Assembly (NCBI RefSeq): GCF_006345805.1 | Contig: NC_042998.1 | Coordinates: 76,756,001 to 76,820,000, forward strand | DNA: 64,000 nt | Direction of reading: 5' to 3' | DNA from: Octopus sinensis | Taxonomy: Eukaryota | In this document: positions 1 through 12,860 of the stretch, piece after piece | Layout of the letters: each line of letters opens with the position of its first letter | How positions within the stretch are numbered: position 1 is the stretch's first letter | Translations under genes and position numbers: made by a program | Notes under the pieces: generated by a model | What the model saw: the letters and a program-made list of their open reading frames with translations, nothing else | Database searches by the model: none | Told to the model about the DNA's origin: nothing

Positions 1-2391
1 TAGGGAGAATTAACGAAATTCTAATAGGTTGTTAGCGATGAGATCATTTAAAACTGTCAGTCCTAACGTAGTAGAGAGGGAGAAAAAAGAAAAAAGGAGC
101 AAAAATATCTTAGCTTTGCGTATCGTCATCGTGTGGCAGAATAAAAATAAAAAATGGCCAGCGAACAGGTCAGCCGGAATTTAGGGAGAATTAACGAAAT
201 TCTAATAGGTTGTTAGCGATGAGATCATTTAAAACTGTCAGTCCTAACGTAGTAGAGAGGGAAAAAAGAAAAAAGGAGCAAAAATTCTTAGCTTTGCGTA
301 TCGTCATCGTGTGGCAGAATAAAAATAAAAATGGCCAGCGAACAGGTCAGCCGGAATTTAGGGAGAATTAACGAAATTCTAATAGGTTGTTAGCGATGAG
401 ATCATTTAAAACTGTCAGTCCTAACGTAGTAGAGAGGGAGAAAAAGAAAAAAGGAGCAAAAATATTCTTAGCTTTGCGTATCGTCATCGTGTGGCAGAAT
501 AAAAATAAAAAATGGCCAGCGAACAGGTCAGCCGGAATTTAGGGAGAATTAACGAAATTCTAATAGGTTGTTAGCGATGAGATCATTTAAAACTGTCAGT
601 CGTCCTAACGTAGTAGAGAGGGAGAAAAAGAAAAAAAGGAGCAAAAATATTCTTAGCTTTGCGTATCGTCATCGTGTGGCAGAATAAAATAAAAATGGCC
701 AGCGAACAGGTCAGCCGGAATTTAGGGAGAATTAACGAAATTCTAATAGGTTGTTAGCGATGAGATCATTTAAAACTGTCAGTCCTAACGTAGTAGAGAG
801 GGAGAAAAAAGAAAAAAGAGCAAAAATATTCTTAGCTTTGCGTATCGTCATCGTGTGGCACAATAAAAATAAAAAATGGCCAGCGAACAGGTCAGCCGGA
901 ATTTAGGGAGAATTAACGAAATTCTAATAGGTTGTTAGCGATGAGATCATTTAAAACTGTCAGTCCTAACGTAGTAGAGAGGGAGAAAAAAGAAAAAGGA
1001 GCAAAAATATTCTTAGCTTTGCGTATCGTCATCGTGTGGCACAATAAAAATAAAAAATGGCCAGCGAACAGGTCAGCCGGAATTTAGGGAGAATTAACGA
1101 AATTCTAATAGGTTGTTAGCGATGAGATCATTTAAAACTGTCAGTCCTAACGTAGTAGAGAGGGAGAAAAAAGAAAAAAGGAGCAAAATATTCTTAGCTT
1201 TGCGTATCGTCATCGTGTGGCAGAATAAAAATAAAAATGGCCAGCGAACAGGTCAGCCGGAATTTAGGGAGAATTAACGAAATTCTAATAGGTTGTTAGC
1301 GATGAGATCATTTAAAACTGTCAGTCCTAACGTAGTAGAGAGGGAGAAAAAGAAAAAAGGAGCAAAATATCCTTAGCTTTGCGTATCGTCATCGTGTGGC
1401 AGAATAAAATAAAAAATGGCCAGCGAACAGGTCAGCCGGAATTAGGGAGAATTAACGAAATTCTAATAGGTTGTTAGCGATGAGATCATTTAAAACTGTC
1501 AGTCCTAACGTAGTAGAGAGGGAGAAAAAAGAAAAAAGGAGCAAAAATCTTAGCTTTGCGTATCGTCATCGTGTGGCAGAATAAAAATAAAAAGGCTAGC
1601 GAACAGGTCAGCCGAATTTAGGGAGAATTAACGAAATCTAATAGGTTGTTAGCGATGAGATCATTTAAAACTGTCAGTCCTAACGTAGTAGAGAGGGAGA
1701 AAAAAGAAAAAAGGAGCAAAAATATTCTTAGCTTTGCGTATCGTCATCGTGTGGCTGAATAAAAATAAAAAATGGCCAGCGAACAGGTCAGCCGGAATTT
1801 AGGTAGAATTAACGAAATTCTAATAGGTTGTTAGCGATGAGATCATTTAAAACTGTCAGTCCTAACGTAGTAGAGAGGGAGAAAAAAGAAAAAAGGAGCA
1901 AAAATATTCTTAGCTTTGCGTATCGTCATCGTGTGGCAGAATAAAAATAAAAAATGGCCAGCGAACAGGTCAGCCGGAATTTAGGGAGAATTAACGAAAT
2001 TCTAATAGGTTGTTAGCGATGAGATCATTTAAAACTGTCAGTCCTAACGTAGTAGAGAGGGAGAAAAAAGAAAAAAGGAGCAAAAATATTCTTAGCTTTG
2101 CGTATCGTCATCGTGTGGCAGAATAAAAATAAAAAATGGCCAGCGAACAGGTCAGCCGGAATTTAGGGAGAATTAACGAAATTCTAATAGGTTGTTAGCG
2201 ATGAGATCATTTAAAACTGTCAGTCCTAACGTAGTAGAGAGGGAGAAAAAAGAAAAAAGGAGCAAAAATATTCTTAGCTTTGCGTATCGTCATCGTGTGG
2301 CAGAATAAAAATAAAAAATGGCCAGCGAACAGGTCAGCCGGAATTTAAGGAGAATTAACGAAATTCTAATAGGTTGTTAGCGATGAGATCA
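1..2391. repeat. Tandem satellite array, ~181-bp unit, about 13 copies (runs off the left edge)
   Basis: Unit tagggagaattaacgaaattc...ggtcagccggaatt recurs near 1, 182, 359, 540, 723, 904, 1085, 1265, 1443, 1619, 1800, 1982, 2164 and partially at 2346. Differences are mostly homopolymer-length changes. Confidence 0.97.
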
Positions 2392-3077
2392 TGTATATCT
2401 ATATACATATTTTTCTTTCCCTCACTGATTTATCAGTCCCCACTATAACTTTCCTCCTTCACTTTAGCTAGTACACTTACTTATAAATGCCTACCATTTT
2501 TAGAAACTTGACCATTCACCCCTTAATTCCTAGCACTCTTCCTTGTTATTTCACCCCCTTCCCTTCCTTCTCGACGTTTACAACTCACATTTAGTACTCC
2601 ACTCCCATCTCTACCACATTCTATATCTATCTCTTCACCTTAGTGCCGTTGTCAAACCTATCCCCACATTCAACTTCTCACACATGCTCTTTTCTTACCT
2701 TCTTATTTCTTGTTTCTAACCCCCTATCTCTTTTATTTATTAATAGCTCTCCTCTCCTCACCCCTTATAATATCTTGACCATCATTTAGCCTTCCTTTTT
2801 CTCTTTTTCACTTTTTCTTTTTCCTTCCCTACTATACTCTAGCTTTTAAGAATACCACTAATTCCTTTGACCAACACCACTCTCTCACATACATACTTCT
2901 TTCTTTCTGCCTTCTAATATTCTTATCTATTCATTTCTCTCTTTATCTACTTTCCTTTACCAGTATAATTTTCAAAATTCATTTATACTAATATCTGCAC
3001 ACTATCCATTTGAAAAAACAACATATCATGTATGTGGGAATTTGTATATCTTCGTCTTTTATATATATATATATATA

Positions 3078-3265
3078 GGGAGAGTTTACGAAAAAAGAGA
3101 AAAGACGAAGACAGGTGGTGTACAAAACAAACAGATGTATTAGTATAACGCTCAGGAATAGAAAAAGTCTTTTACGTTTCGAGTCTACGCTCTTCTACAG
3201 AAAGGGACACAGAAAAAACAAGGAGAGAAAAAAATGTGTGTAGTGGCTAACAATCTATCATGGCG
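3078..3265 (-). mobile_element. Short non-coding element with a hammerhead-like motif (Penelope-type terminal-repeat remnant); same family as 62395-62555
   Basis: Reverse complement aligns with 62395-62555; starts next to a (TA)n tract; contains CUUU-CUGUAGA-A-GAG..CUC-GAAACGUA-AAAG at 3169-3204. Confidence 0.6.
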
Positions 3266-3669
3266 TCAACGTTCTGCTTGTTATAACAAGAAATGACTCA
3301 GATTAAAGTAGCATTAATTTTCTTAGGTCGTTCAATTGATCAATAAGACCAACTGAGTAAACCTATCAGCAATGTACCTATAATAATAACTGGAAACAAT
3401 TGTATGCCAAATTTGCACCAAAAAAGGAAAATGTGTAATGACCATTATTTTTAACTTACTTCTCACATATCACTATGTCAAAACTAGTTTGTCTGGAGCC
3501 CATCCACAGAGTTACAAAATAGAATTGTGATGAATCAAAAACTTTGACCCTGCCATAAGAATAGCCGGAGTTCTTTACTAATCTAAATAATATTGTTAGT
3601 CAGATGTGCCAACATAGAGCTTACGAAGTATTTTGGCCGAATTGGTAATCTCTCATTATTAGCTCTCTG

Positions 3670-3702
<33 letters not shown>

Positions 3703-4195
3703 GTCTCTCTCTCTCTCTATCTATCTATATGTCTTGTTTACTTCCTACTGTCCTGTTTTTATTACCACTTTTACTCCTCTGTAAAAAATCCTAAATTTTA
3801 TTTAATTTGCTTTGCGGGAAGGATTGTTTCAACGAAGTTGCGTCTTGTCCTTACCTTCGGAACGCGGAGTAGATGAAACAGGGACAACTGAAGAAGGGTA
3901 ATATTCCTTGTGTTGTATGTCTTGTACTCTGTTTTTTCCTTCTTTGAAAAAAAGTCCGTTTCCATGTTTTTCTTTTTATGCTTTCGTTTCTCATTTTGTT
4001 CAACGTCTTTTTGATGTCCTGTACCCATATATGCATGTATATATGCATATAGATGTAGGTATGTACATATATGTATGTATATATGCATATATTTATATAT
4101 TATTTATATTATATATGATCGAACGCCACGCATCCTTTTCCAAGTAAGTTTTATCCATATATATATATATATGGAGAGAGAGAGAGAGAGAGAGA

Positions 4196-4245
<50 letters not shown>

Positions 4246-4261
4246 GAGAAAGAGTGAAACC

Positions 4262-4550
4262 CATTCTGAGTGCAAGACAGAATGGGTTTATAGCTCGGTT
4301 TCTGAGAAGTAAAAGCATTAGTATTGCTGCTTTTACGGAGACAAGGCTACACGATTCTGGTTAGCTGCATGAAGTATTTGGAGACTACACTTCCTTCTGT
4401 GTTGGTAAATCTGAGGAAGAAAAAATGGAATCTGGTGTGGATTTCGCTGTTTGTAATGATATTGGACATAAGCTAGATTCCTTACCAAAGAGAATTAATG
4501 ATCGTCTTTTGGCCTAGAAAAATATGCTGCACTAGTAAGTGCATATTATC
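4262..4550 (+). pseudogene. Degenerate apurinic-endonuclease fragment of an RTE-like LINE
   Basis: Manual translation SIAAFTETRLHDSG*LHEVFGDYTSFCVGKSEEEKMESGVDFAV...LPKRINDRL matches the APE pattern IAALSETR...GVGFAI...INDRL; internal stop. Confidence 0.65.
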
Positions 4551-4559
4551 CTTAGTAAA

Positions 4560-4900
4560 AAGTAAGGTATACAATGAGAAAACTAGGTCGACACTAAGGA
4601 AATTCGTTTAAACCTATAATCTATACATTACTTTTGGATACAATCTTAAAGTTACGAACATTTTAGACGTAACTTTGGATCTCAAATCAAAGCTGAGACC
4701 ACGACATATGTAAGGCGTCTTGAAAACTACACCATTTGTGTAATAAACTCATCAATAAACGGGTTTTCAAATAGAATAATTATACCTCTGTGCTAATGAG
4801 AATATCTTTGATGGGAAACTTAATAAAAGCGGGATACAAACAAATCATTAGCTATTTCTCCGCGACTAGTAAGATGGGAGATCATATAAGAGGGTAGTAC
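4560..4900 (+). pseudogene. Possible Penelope-like RT C-terminal relic
   Basis: KVTNILDVTLDL resembles the PLE RT motif VNFLDVTLDL; the rest is heavily decayed. Confidence 0.35.
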
Positions 4901-5104
4901 GAACAATATATAAACACACTCAAAAATACAATTACGTGGAATAATAAAAATAATTGTAAAAGTCTCAGGTGTCCTAAGATTCTGAACAAAACAAAAAAAG
5001 AATGAAAACAGTAAATAACATAACTGTTATGATGCAGCTTCCCATAATATCAACTCGAACAAAGATTGTACTAGAAATATTAATAATAATAATTGTACTA
5101 GAAA

Positions 5105-5389
5105 TATTAATAATAATAATGATAATAATAATCATAATAATGGTTTTAAATTTTGCCACAAGGGCAGTAATCTTTTTTGGAGTGGGGGGTATGAGTCGAT
5201 TGCATCGACCCGAGTGTTTAACTGGTGCTTATTTCATCGACCTCGGTTGTGATGCATGTGTCTGGTGTACCCTTATCAGAGGGATAGTCATGATGTGTAT
5301 ACAGGGCTTCGTTTCTTTGTACAGAAGTGTCACTTTGATGGCATGCACTGCTCCCTCACTCAATGAAAATAAACATAATAATAATAATA

Positions 5390-5437
<48 letters not shown>

Positions 5438-5507
5438 TGATAATAATATAATAATAATAAAATAATAATAATAATGATAACATAACAACAATAATAATAA
5501 TAATATA

Positions 5508-5557
<50 letters not shown>

Positions 5558-6405
5558 TAATAATAATAGGAATAGGAATAATGACGGTGTTGACTAGTAA
5601 CAACGACACCAACAACTATAATAATAATTGCAACTCATATGTTCCCTGTCTTGACAGTAGTAGCAACAATTGTATCGTATGCCACTTTAATAAGGCCAAC
5701 TGTGACAGTGAAACTGTCTGTGCGCGGACTACTTGAACCTCTAAATACAACGTGTAGCAATAACAGTGGTAGAGATGACTGTGAAAAAATAAATGTGAAC
5801 ACAGATAACGACGCAACCAACCTGGGTAACATTCGTATCGATTCTAATGTAAATGAAGATTATATAGCTATTAATGGTCGTGGAGACTCTTTTAACTTCC
5901 ACTAATGAAACGGTAGTGCTGTTTCTGGTAATGGTAACCCCACCGTCTCTTACATAAGCCCGGATAATTCGGGTAATCTGTCGGATCTACTAATAATCAT
6001 CACTTTCTGCACTCCGTGAATAACACTAGGATTGCAAGCAGGCACCAATATTCTGAATTGTATAATTGTAAAACCAAACTTCTATACTCTCTAAATAATT
6101 TATGTCTTACTATGGCTTCTCTATGAAAATGTCAAGCACCGAAGACAATGGATTGGAAAAGGAGAAATACCGGAACACCAGGCTATAGAAGGTATTCATC
6201 CACGTAAGGTGCTGTTACCTGTTTTGGTGGGATATGAAAGGTTTAGTCCACTTTGAACTATTAAATGACAGTTTTTGTCATTTACCTATATATTGTATAC
6301 ATATAAGAAATTATTAACCCTAATGATTACCGAATACGAATATTTTTCTTCTTCTTCTTCTTCTTCTTCTTCTTCTTCTTCTTCTTCTTCTTCTTCTTCT
6401 TCTAC

Positions 6406-6449
<44 letters not shown>

Positions 6450-6808
6450 ATAATAATAATAATAATAATAGCAATAATAATAATAATGATATTAATAATA
6501 AAATAATAATAATAATGATAATAATGATAATAATAATAATATAATAATGATAATAATAATCATAATAATGGTTTTAAATTTTGCCACAAGGGCAGTAATC
6601 TTTTTTGGAGTGGGGGGTATGAGTCGATTGCATCGACCCGAGTGTTTAACTGGTGCTTATTTCATCGACCTCGGTTGTGATGCATGTGTCTGGTGTACCC
6701 TTATCAGAGGGATAGTCATGATGTGTATACAGGGCTTCGTTTCTTTGTACAGAAGTGTCACTTTGATGGCATGCACTGCTCCCTCACTCAATGAAAATAA
6801 ACATAATA

Positions 6809-6868
<60 letters not shown>

Positions 6869-6926
6869 TGATAATAATAATATAATAATAATAAATAATA
6901 ATAATAATAATGATAACAATAACAAC

Positions 6927-6984
<58 letters not shown>

Positions 6985-7803
6985 GGAATAGGAATAATGA
7001 CGGTGTTGACTAGTAACAACGACACCAACAACTATAATAATAATTGCAACTCATATGTTCCCTGTCTTGACAGTAGTAGCAACAATTGTATCGTATGCCA
7101 CTTTAATAAGGCCAACTGTGACAGTGAAACTGTCTGTGCGCGGACTACTTGAACCTCTAAATACAACGTGTAGCAATAACAGTGGTAGAGATGACTGTGA
7201 AAAAATAAATGTGAACACAGATAACGACGCAACCAACCTGGGTAACATTCGTATCGATTCTAATGTAAATGAAGATTATATAGCTATTAATGGTCGTGGA
7301 GACTCTTTTAACTTCCACTAATGAAACGGTAGTGCTGTTTCTGGTAATGGTAACCCCACCGTCTCTTACATAAGCCCGGATAATTCGGGTAATTCTGTCG
7401 GATCTACTAATAATCATCACTTTCTGCACTCCGTGAATAACACTAGGATTGCAAGCAGGCACCAATATTCTGAATTGTATAATTGTAAAACCAAACTTCT
7501 ATACTCTCTAAATAATTTATGTCTTACTATGGCTTCTCTATGAAAATGTCAAGCACCGAAGACAATGGATTGGAAAAGGAGAAATACCGGAACACCAGGC
7601 TATAGAAGGTATTCATCCACGTAAGGTGCTGTTACCTGTTTTGGTGGGATATGAAAGGTTTAGTCCACTTTGAACTATTAAATGACAGTTTTTGTCATTT
7701 ACCTATATATTGTATACATATAAGAAATTATTAACCCTAATGATTACCGAATACGAATATTTTTCTTCTTCTTCTTCTTCTTCTTCTTCTTCTTCTTCTT
7801 CTT

Positions 7804-7869
<66 letters not shown>

Positions 7870-7967
7870 ATAATAATAATAATAATAGCAATAATAATAA
7901 TAATGATATTAATAATAAAATAATAATAATAATGATAATAATGATAATAATAATAATAATAATAATG

Positions 7968-7970
<3 letters not shown>
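5105..7970. repeat. Direct tandem duplication, unit ~1.42 kb, with junctions inside (TAA)n tracts
   Basis: Identical ORF translations offset by 1416 bp (5639/7055, 5616/7032). Non-microsatellite sequence is nearly identical; TAA, TTC and TAC tract lengths differ between copies. Confidence 0.93.
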
Positions 7971-8035
<65 letters not shown>

Positions 8036-8044
8036 CTAACCATG

Positions 8045-8230
8045 AATGAATAAAGCTCCAAAAGACAAACAGGTGAATCATAACTTAACACATCTGTAAA
8101 AGAAATATAATTACATTGAAACGAAAATATATTACAAAATTTAATATACAGATAGTGCGCAATAACCAGACATGTCAATAGAAACAGCCAGCAGGTCGTT
8201 CTAAGTCCTACTAGAAATATTAGTTAATAA
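8045..8230 (+). repeat. ~190-bp dispersed repeat, second diverged copy at ~10190-10380
   Basis: aaaagaaatataattacattgaaac...aaatattagttaa is shared by both positions. Confidence 0.7.
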
Positions 8231-8248
8231 TATTAGTTATCATTAGGT

Positions 8249-8314
<66 letters not shown>

Positions 8315-8317
8315 AAC

Positions 8318-9610
8318 TTGGGGATATTGGAAATGGGATAAATTGATGGAGAAAGAAATGACAGAAAAATTTAAGGTGGAGTACTTGCGCAAACTGAGAC
8401 TGATCCTTGAGTCGAAATGAAACGGACGGAATAAGATTGAAGCTATCAACACCTAGGCGGTTTCACTCCTTAGATATGGAGTAGGGGTAATCGCATGGAC
8501 AGTAAACGAACCACTTTGACAGAAAGACAACGAAGTTGCTGACTAGTTATGGGATACTCCAAACCAAAGTGACACAGGCAGGCTGTATGTAGCAAGACAA
8601 AGAAGGGGGAAGAGGACTGATTAGATGCGAACACAGCATTAAAGTAGAAGAAAAAATATAGCATCGTATATTAATGCTACAGAACCGCTATTATTGGAAG
8701 TAAGGAGGTCAATTTGTGTAGGTTGGAAGATTACACAGATAAAACACTGCACAAGGACTTGAGAATGAATGAAACAGAAAATAGGTGGATAAAGAAAAGA
8801 ATGAATGGACAATTTCATAGAAATGTTGAAGATAACACAGAAGATAAGACAGGGAAACAAAATGGCTATGGATGACTAAAAGTGATTTAAAACTGGAAAC
8901 GGGTACTCTAATCTGTGCTACCCAAGAGCAAGCACTAAGAACGAATTACACCAAATTCAGAATAGACAACACATCAGAGAGTAATAAGTGCATACAATGG
9001 CATATTACTAGTCAATGTACACCACTAGCCCAGAAAGAATGTAAGAGACGTCATAACAACATTGCAAGGATTGTCCATTGGGCCCTGCAACAATATGGAC
9101 TTGACAGACGAAAAAAGTGGTACGAACATAAACCCGAAGGCATAATCGAAAATGATAACGCAAAGATCCTATGAGATTTTATGATTCAGCGTGACCATGA
9201 GATAGAGAATAGGAAGCCAGACATAGTATGAATTGAGAACGAAAGCAGGCAATGCTGGATCATAGATATAGCATGCTCAGCTGACAAAAGGGTATGCGAT
9301 AAGGTAAAAAGAAAAGTCGAAAGATATGACAGGTTAGCTTGGGAGATTAAGCGGTTGTGGTCGCTGAAAAAGGTGGTAGTAGTACCAATAATTGTCGGAG
9401 CCCTGGAAACAGTGAGTAAAAATCTTGAGAAGTACATGGAACAAATAGAGGCTGCAATATGGATGAAGCACTTGCAGAAACGGCACTGGGTGGAGCCGCT
9501 CGAATAGTTCGGATGGTGCCCAAAAATAAGGGGTGTTACCTTAGTTCGCTGGTAGTGAACAGCTGACACCGTACTACATCTCCACCGTTAGAAGCTGTGC
9601 AAAGACAACA
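8318..9610 (+). mobile_element. 5'-truncated, degenerate R4/Dong-like non-LTR retrotransposon (restriction-enzyme-like endonuclease) in a (TAA)n tract
   Basis: ETGTLICATQEQALRTNY...HITSQC...KRRHNNIARIVHW...WYEHKPE...KIL*DF...NRKPDIV gives the CCHC-knuckle/RH-D-N/PD REL signature; TAA repeats on both sides. Confidence 0.85.
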
Positions 9611-9613
9611 ATG

Positions 9614-9707
<94 letters not shown>

Positions 9708-9724
9708 TAATAATAACAACGATA

Positions 9725-10045
9725 AATGTCCTTATGCAATTCCAGGCACTGGCTCTCATGGCTTCTAATTTTAACTGATTGGAAATGTTAACGTGTACAT
9801 TGCTTTGTCTTGGTATAGAAGATGGGCTACAGCTAATATTCTGCTCAATACCACAGATTTGTCTGTCAGTTATTTGACTTGAACAAGCTGAACATGTCCC
9901 TTAGTGGCTGACGATATGTGCATCACTGATCATGAGCAGACGTAGTGGGAGAGCATCATAGCCATGTGTTGAGAGGGATTCTTTGGGGTTTGGATAATTC
10001 ACCTTTGGAAACAGGGGTGTTTTGTTCATCATCCTTAAACAACAA
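9725..10045 (-). mobile_element. Fragment of the interspersed repeat found at 36398-36920 (probable RTE 5' region)
   Basis: Reverse complement matches 36640-36920 (aagaatccctctcaacacat...gcaaatctgtggtattgagcagaatatt...agaagccat). Confidence 0.7.
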
Positions 10046-11004
10046 TTGTCGATTACAGCGACCTCAGGGCTCAACTGGTAGTTTATTTTATCGACCTTGA
10101 AAAACATCTTGGTGACATTTGAAATCTGAACCTAAAGAGCTGGAAAAATTCCGCTAAACGTGTTCCCCGTTCAATTTTTAAAATTCTCATTAATGAATAA
10201 GGCCTAAAAAGACGAACAAGACAACTATGACTTTACTCTACAGATCGGCAAAAGAAATATAATTACATTGAAACCAAAATAAGTTACAAAATGTAATATA
10301 TAGAAAGTGTGGAATAGCCAGACGTATCAATAAGAAAAGCCTGCTAGTGGCTCTAAGACCTGTTAAAAATATTAGTTAAACGTTTCATATTTTAAATATT
10401 TTAAACGTATTAAACATTAAAAAAAAGCGAAGGATATATTGGGTGAGGTACCTTTGAGCATGCAATGCGGTAGAATGGCCCAAGTTAGTCTTTTAAGTTT
10501 AGATTAGTAAGGAGTAGGGCTAACATGAAGATGAGCAAGCACACTAAACACTGATAGAAAAGATTAGACACTACGTCTAAATAATTTCTGAATGATTTTC
10601 TACTGGTTGAAATAAACTAACCCACGATAATTACATAAAAATAGCTTTTATGAAGTTTAGTGATAATAAAAACAATTAGATACAATAGAGTTCCTATGAT
10701 TGTGGACTACGATAAAATATCAATACAAATCAAAACTGCAGTTATTTTAATTAAAACATAATAACAGTGGACATATCTTGGTAAATGTTGGTATACTTCG
10801 GAAACGTATTGTTGATAAGAAATATAACTAATAAGGAAACCGGTAAAAACCATAACAATGTGATAAATAAATGACATATTTGGTTTCAATACACGTGTTT
10901 GAAGAAATGTTGTCCACCGTAAAACACAAGTATATAAAATCGTACAATAAAATAACTTCACTTTTCTATACATACAAGCATTAATTATTTTCATCTTTAT
11001 CTTT

Positions 11005-11190
11005 AGACTGTAGCTATACTGGGGTCCAACCCTGAAGAATTTTTAGTCGTATGAATGAATCGACCCCAGTTTTTTTTAAGCTTTCTACTTATTCTATTGA
11101 TCTCTTTTGCCGAACCACTAATGTACGAGTTCACAGAAATACCAGTCGTCAAGCGTTTGTGGGCGACAAACACTGACACAAAAGCACGCA
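11005..11190. mobile_element. Diverged SINE fragment of the family at 38563-38760
   Basis: atcgacccc...tacttattctattgatctcttttgccgaaccacta...cagtcgtcaagcg core. Confidence 0.65.
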
Positions 11191-11649
11191 CACATGCGCG
11201 CATACCTATCTACCTACTTACCTACCTACCTACCTACCTACCTACCTACCTACCTACCTACCTGCCTGTCTGTCTGCCTGCCTGCCTGCCTGCCTGACTG
11301 TCTGTCTGTCTGTCTGTCTGTCTGTCAGTCTACTTTAAGGAGTAGAGTATCAGTTCTTCAGTCACTCCCAATAGTGATGCAATATCCAAGGTTTCACAAC
11401 TTTGTAGTGCTTCAAGTTAAACGTTAAAACTTTAGTTATACACTATGTGGTAACGATAACTGTGATTTGTAGTACGGAACGCTGAAAAGAAATGTTTCAC
11501 AAGAGGCTCCTACATTTTAGTTTAGCAATATACGCATGGAATGATTCATCATTGCGAATAATTTCCCCAAGCAAAGCGCTGGTAATGGCCCTTAGTTTGC
11601 AATAGCACACGGTCCAGTATATTGTGATTACAATATCTTTGTGGGCTAA

Positions 11650-12044
11650 GGTGGCGAGGTGGTAGAAACGTTAGCAGGCTGGGCGAAATGCTTACCGGTA
11701 TTTCGTTTGCCGCTACGTTCTGAGTTCAAATTCCGCCGAGGTCGACTTTGCCTTTCATCCTTTCGGGGTCGATTGAATAAGTATCAGTTACGCACTGGGA
11801 TCGATGTAATCGACTTAATCCGCTTGTCTGTCCTTGTTTGTTCCCTCTGTGTTTATCCCTTTTTGGGTAGTAAAGAAGTAGGTATTTCGTCTGTCTTTAC
11901 GTTCTGAGTTCAAATTCCGCCGAGGTCGAATTTGCCTTTCATCCTTTCCTGGTCGATAAATTAAGTACCAGTTGCGTACTGGGATCGATCTAATCGACTG
12001 ACCCCTTCCCCAAAAATTTCGGGCCTTGGCCTAGAGTAGAAAAG
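11650..12044 (+). mobile_element. tRNA-derived SINE with internal duplication and a 16-bp target-site duplication
   Basis: Head ggtggcgaggtggtagaaacgttagc; B-box-like gagttcaaattcc occurs twice; TSD aatatctttgtgggct at 11632-11647 and 12045-12060. Confidence 0.9.
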
Positions 12045-12099
12045 AATATCTTTGTGGGCTGATAGTGGGGTGTTTGAAATTTTCTTGCATTGAAATACG

Positions 12100-12860
12100 T
12101 TTAGCCTAATTGTATATTTTGTTTAAGTCTTGGTGTATATTTATGGTATCGTTGACTTCTTGCCTTCGATTCTTTTGTATCATAAATGTGTTCGTTGTGT
12201 GATTGTCTGTATGATCACAAACAACAATAATCCAAGTACAATTCCCTGAAGTTCTTTAATTTTAATTAATGTATTCTCTGATGCAGCTATTTGATATACT
12301 TGCTGGACTTATAAAATGTAGTTCTGCAACTCTTCTGTTTTCTGAACTACACTGTTTGTGAAGTATCATTTCGTGATCAGTTTTATTAAGGCCTTTACAA
12401 ATTTGAGCTATATAACATTCACGTTTGAGCTGCTAGTTATGATGCTGCAGGAGTTATGTGAGTCAGCTTCTGGGGTGAATGTAGTACTGCATGTTAGTGA
12501 GGAAGTCATTAACTTCCAGAAGATAATTAACTTTCCACTGACAATTCGTTCCTTGACTTCTCAAGCGTGAACTTAGGGATAGGCGGGTGTGTAATTTTAG
12601 TGTCTGGTCCGCTTCCTCCTTTATGAATGGAGCATTTTATACCGTCTTTTTTTCCTTTTGGAAACCTTACCACATGCGATGAAGTTCTGGAAAAGTATTT
12701 GCCCGGTTTTCTAAATGTCTTTAAAATAATCACTAGCAAACCATCAGGTCAGACTGCAGAGTTTACGTTCATTTCGTGTATGGCTGATATTACACCTTTC
12801 TCCTTTATGTCGATTTAATCGATGGGTGCTGCTTCTATGCTTATTTATGTCTATATGTCC
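12100..12860 (-). pseudogene. Highly degenerate LINE reverse-transcriptase N-terminal fragment
   Basis: Minus-strand pieces such as KKDGIKCSIHKGGSGPDTK resemble the I..IHKGG...NYRPI region of CR1/L2-type RT. Confidence 0.4.

Noticed and set aside
1-2391. CRISPR-like array or tandem snRNA/SL-RNA gene cluster
   Set aside because: Whole units repeat with no unique spacers and no cas genes; no convincing Sm site, C/D boxes or Pol III boxes.
5002-8452. ORFs rich in poly-Ile, Tyr, Ser or Thr
   Set aside because: They are translations of TAA, TTC and TAC microsatellites.
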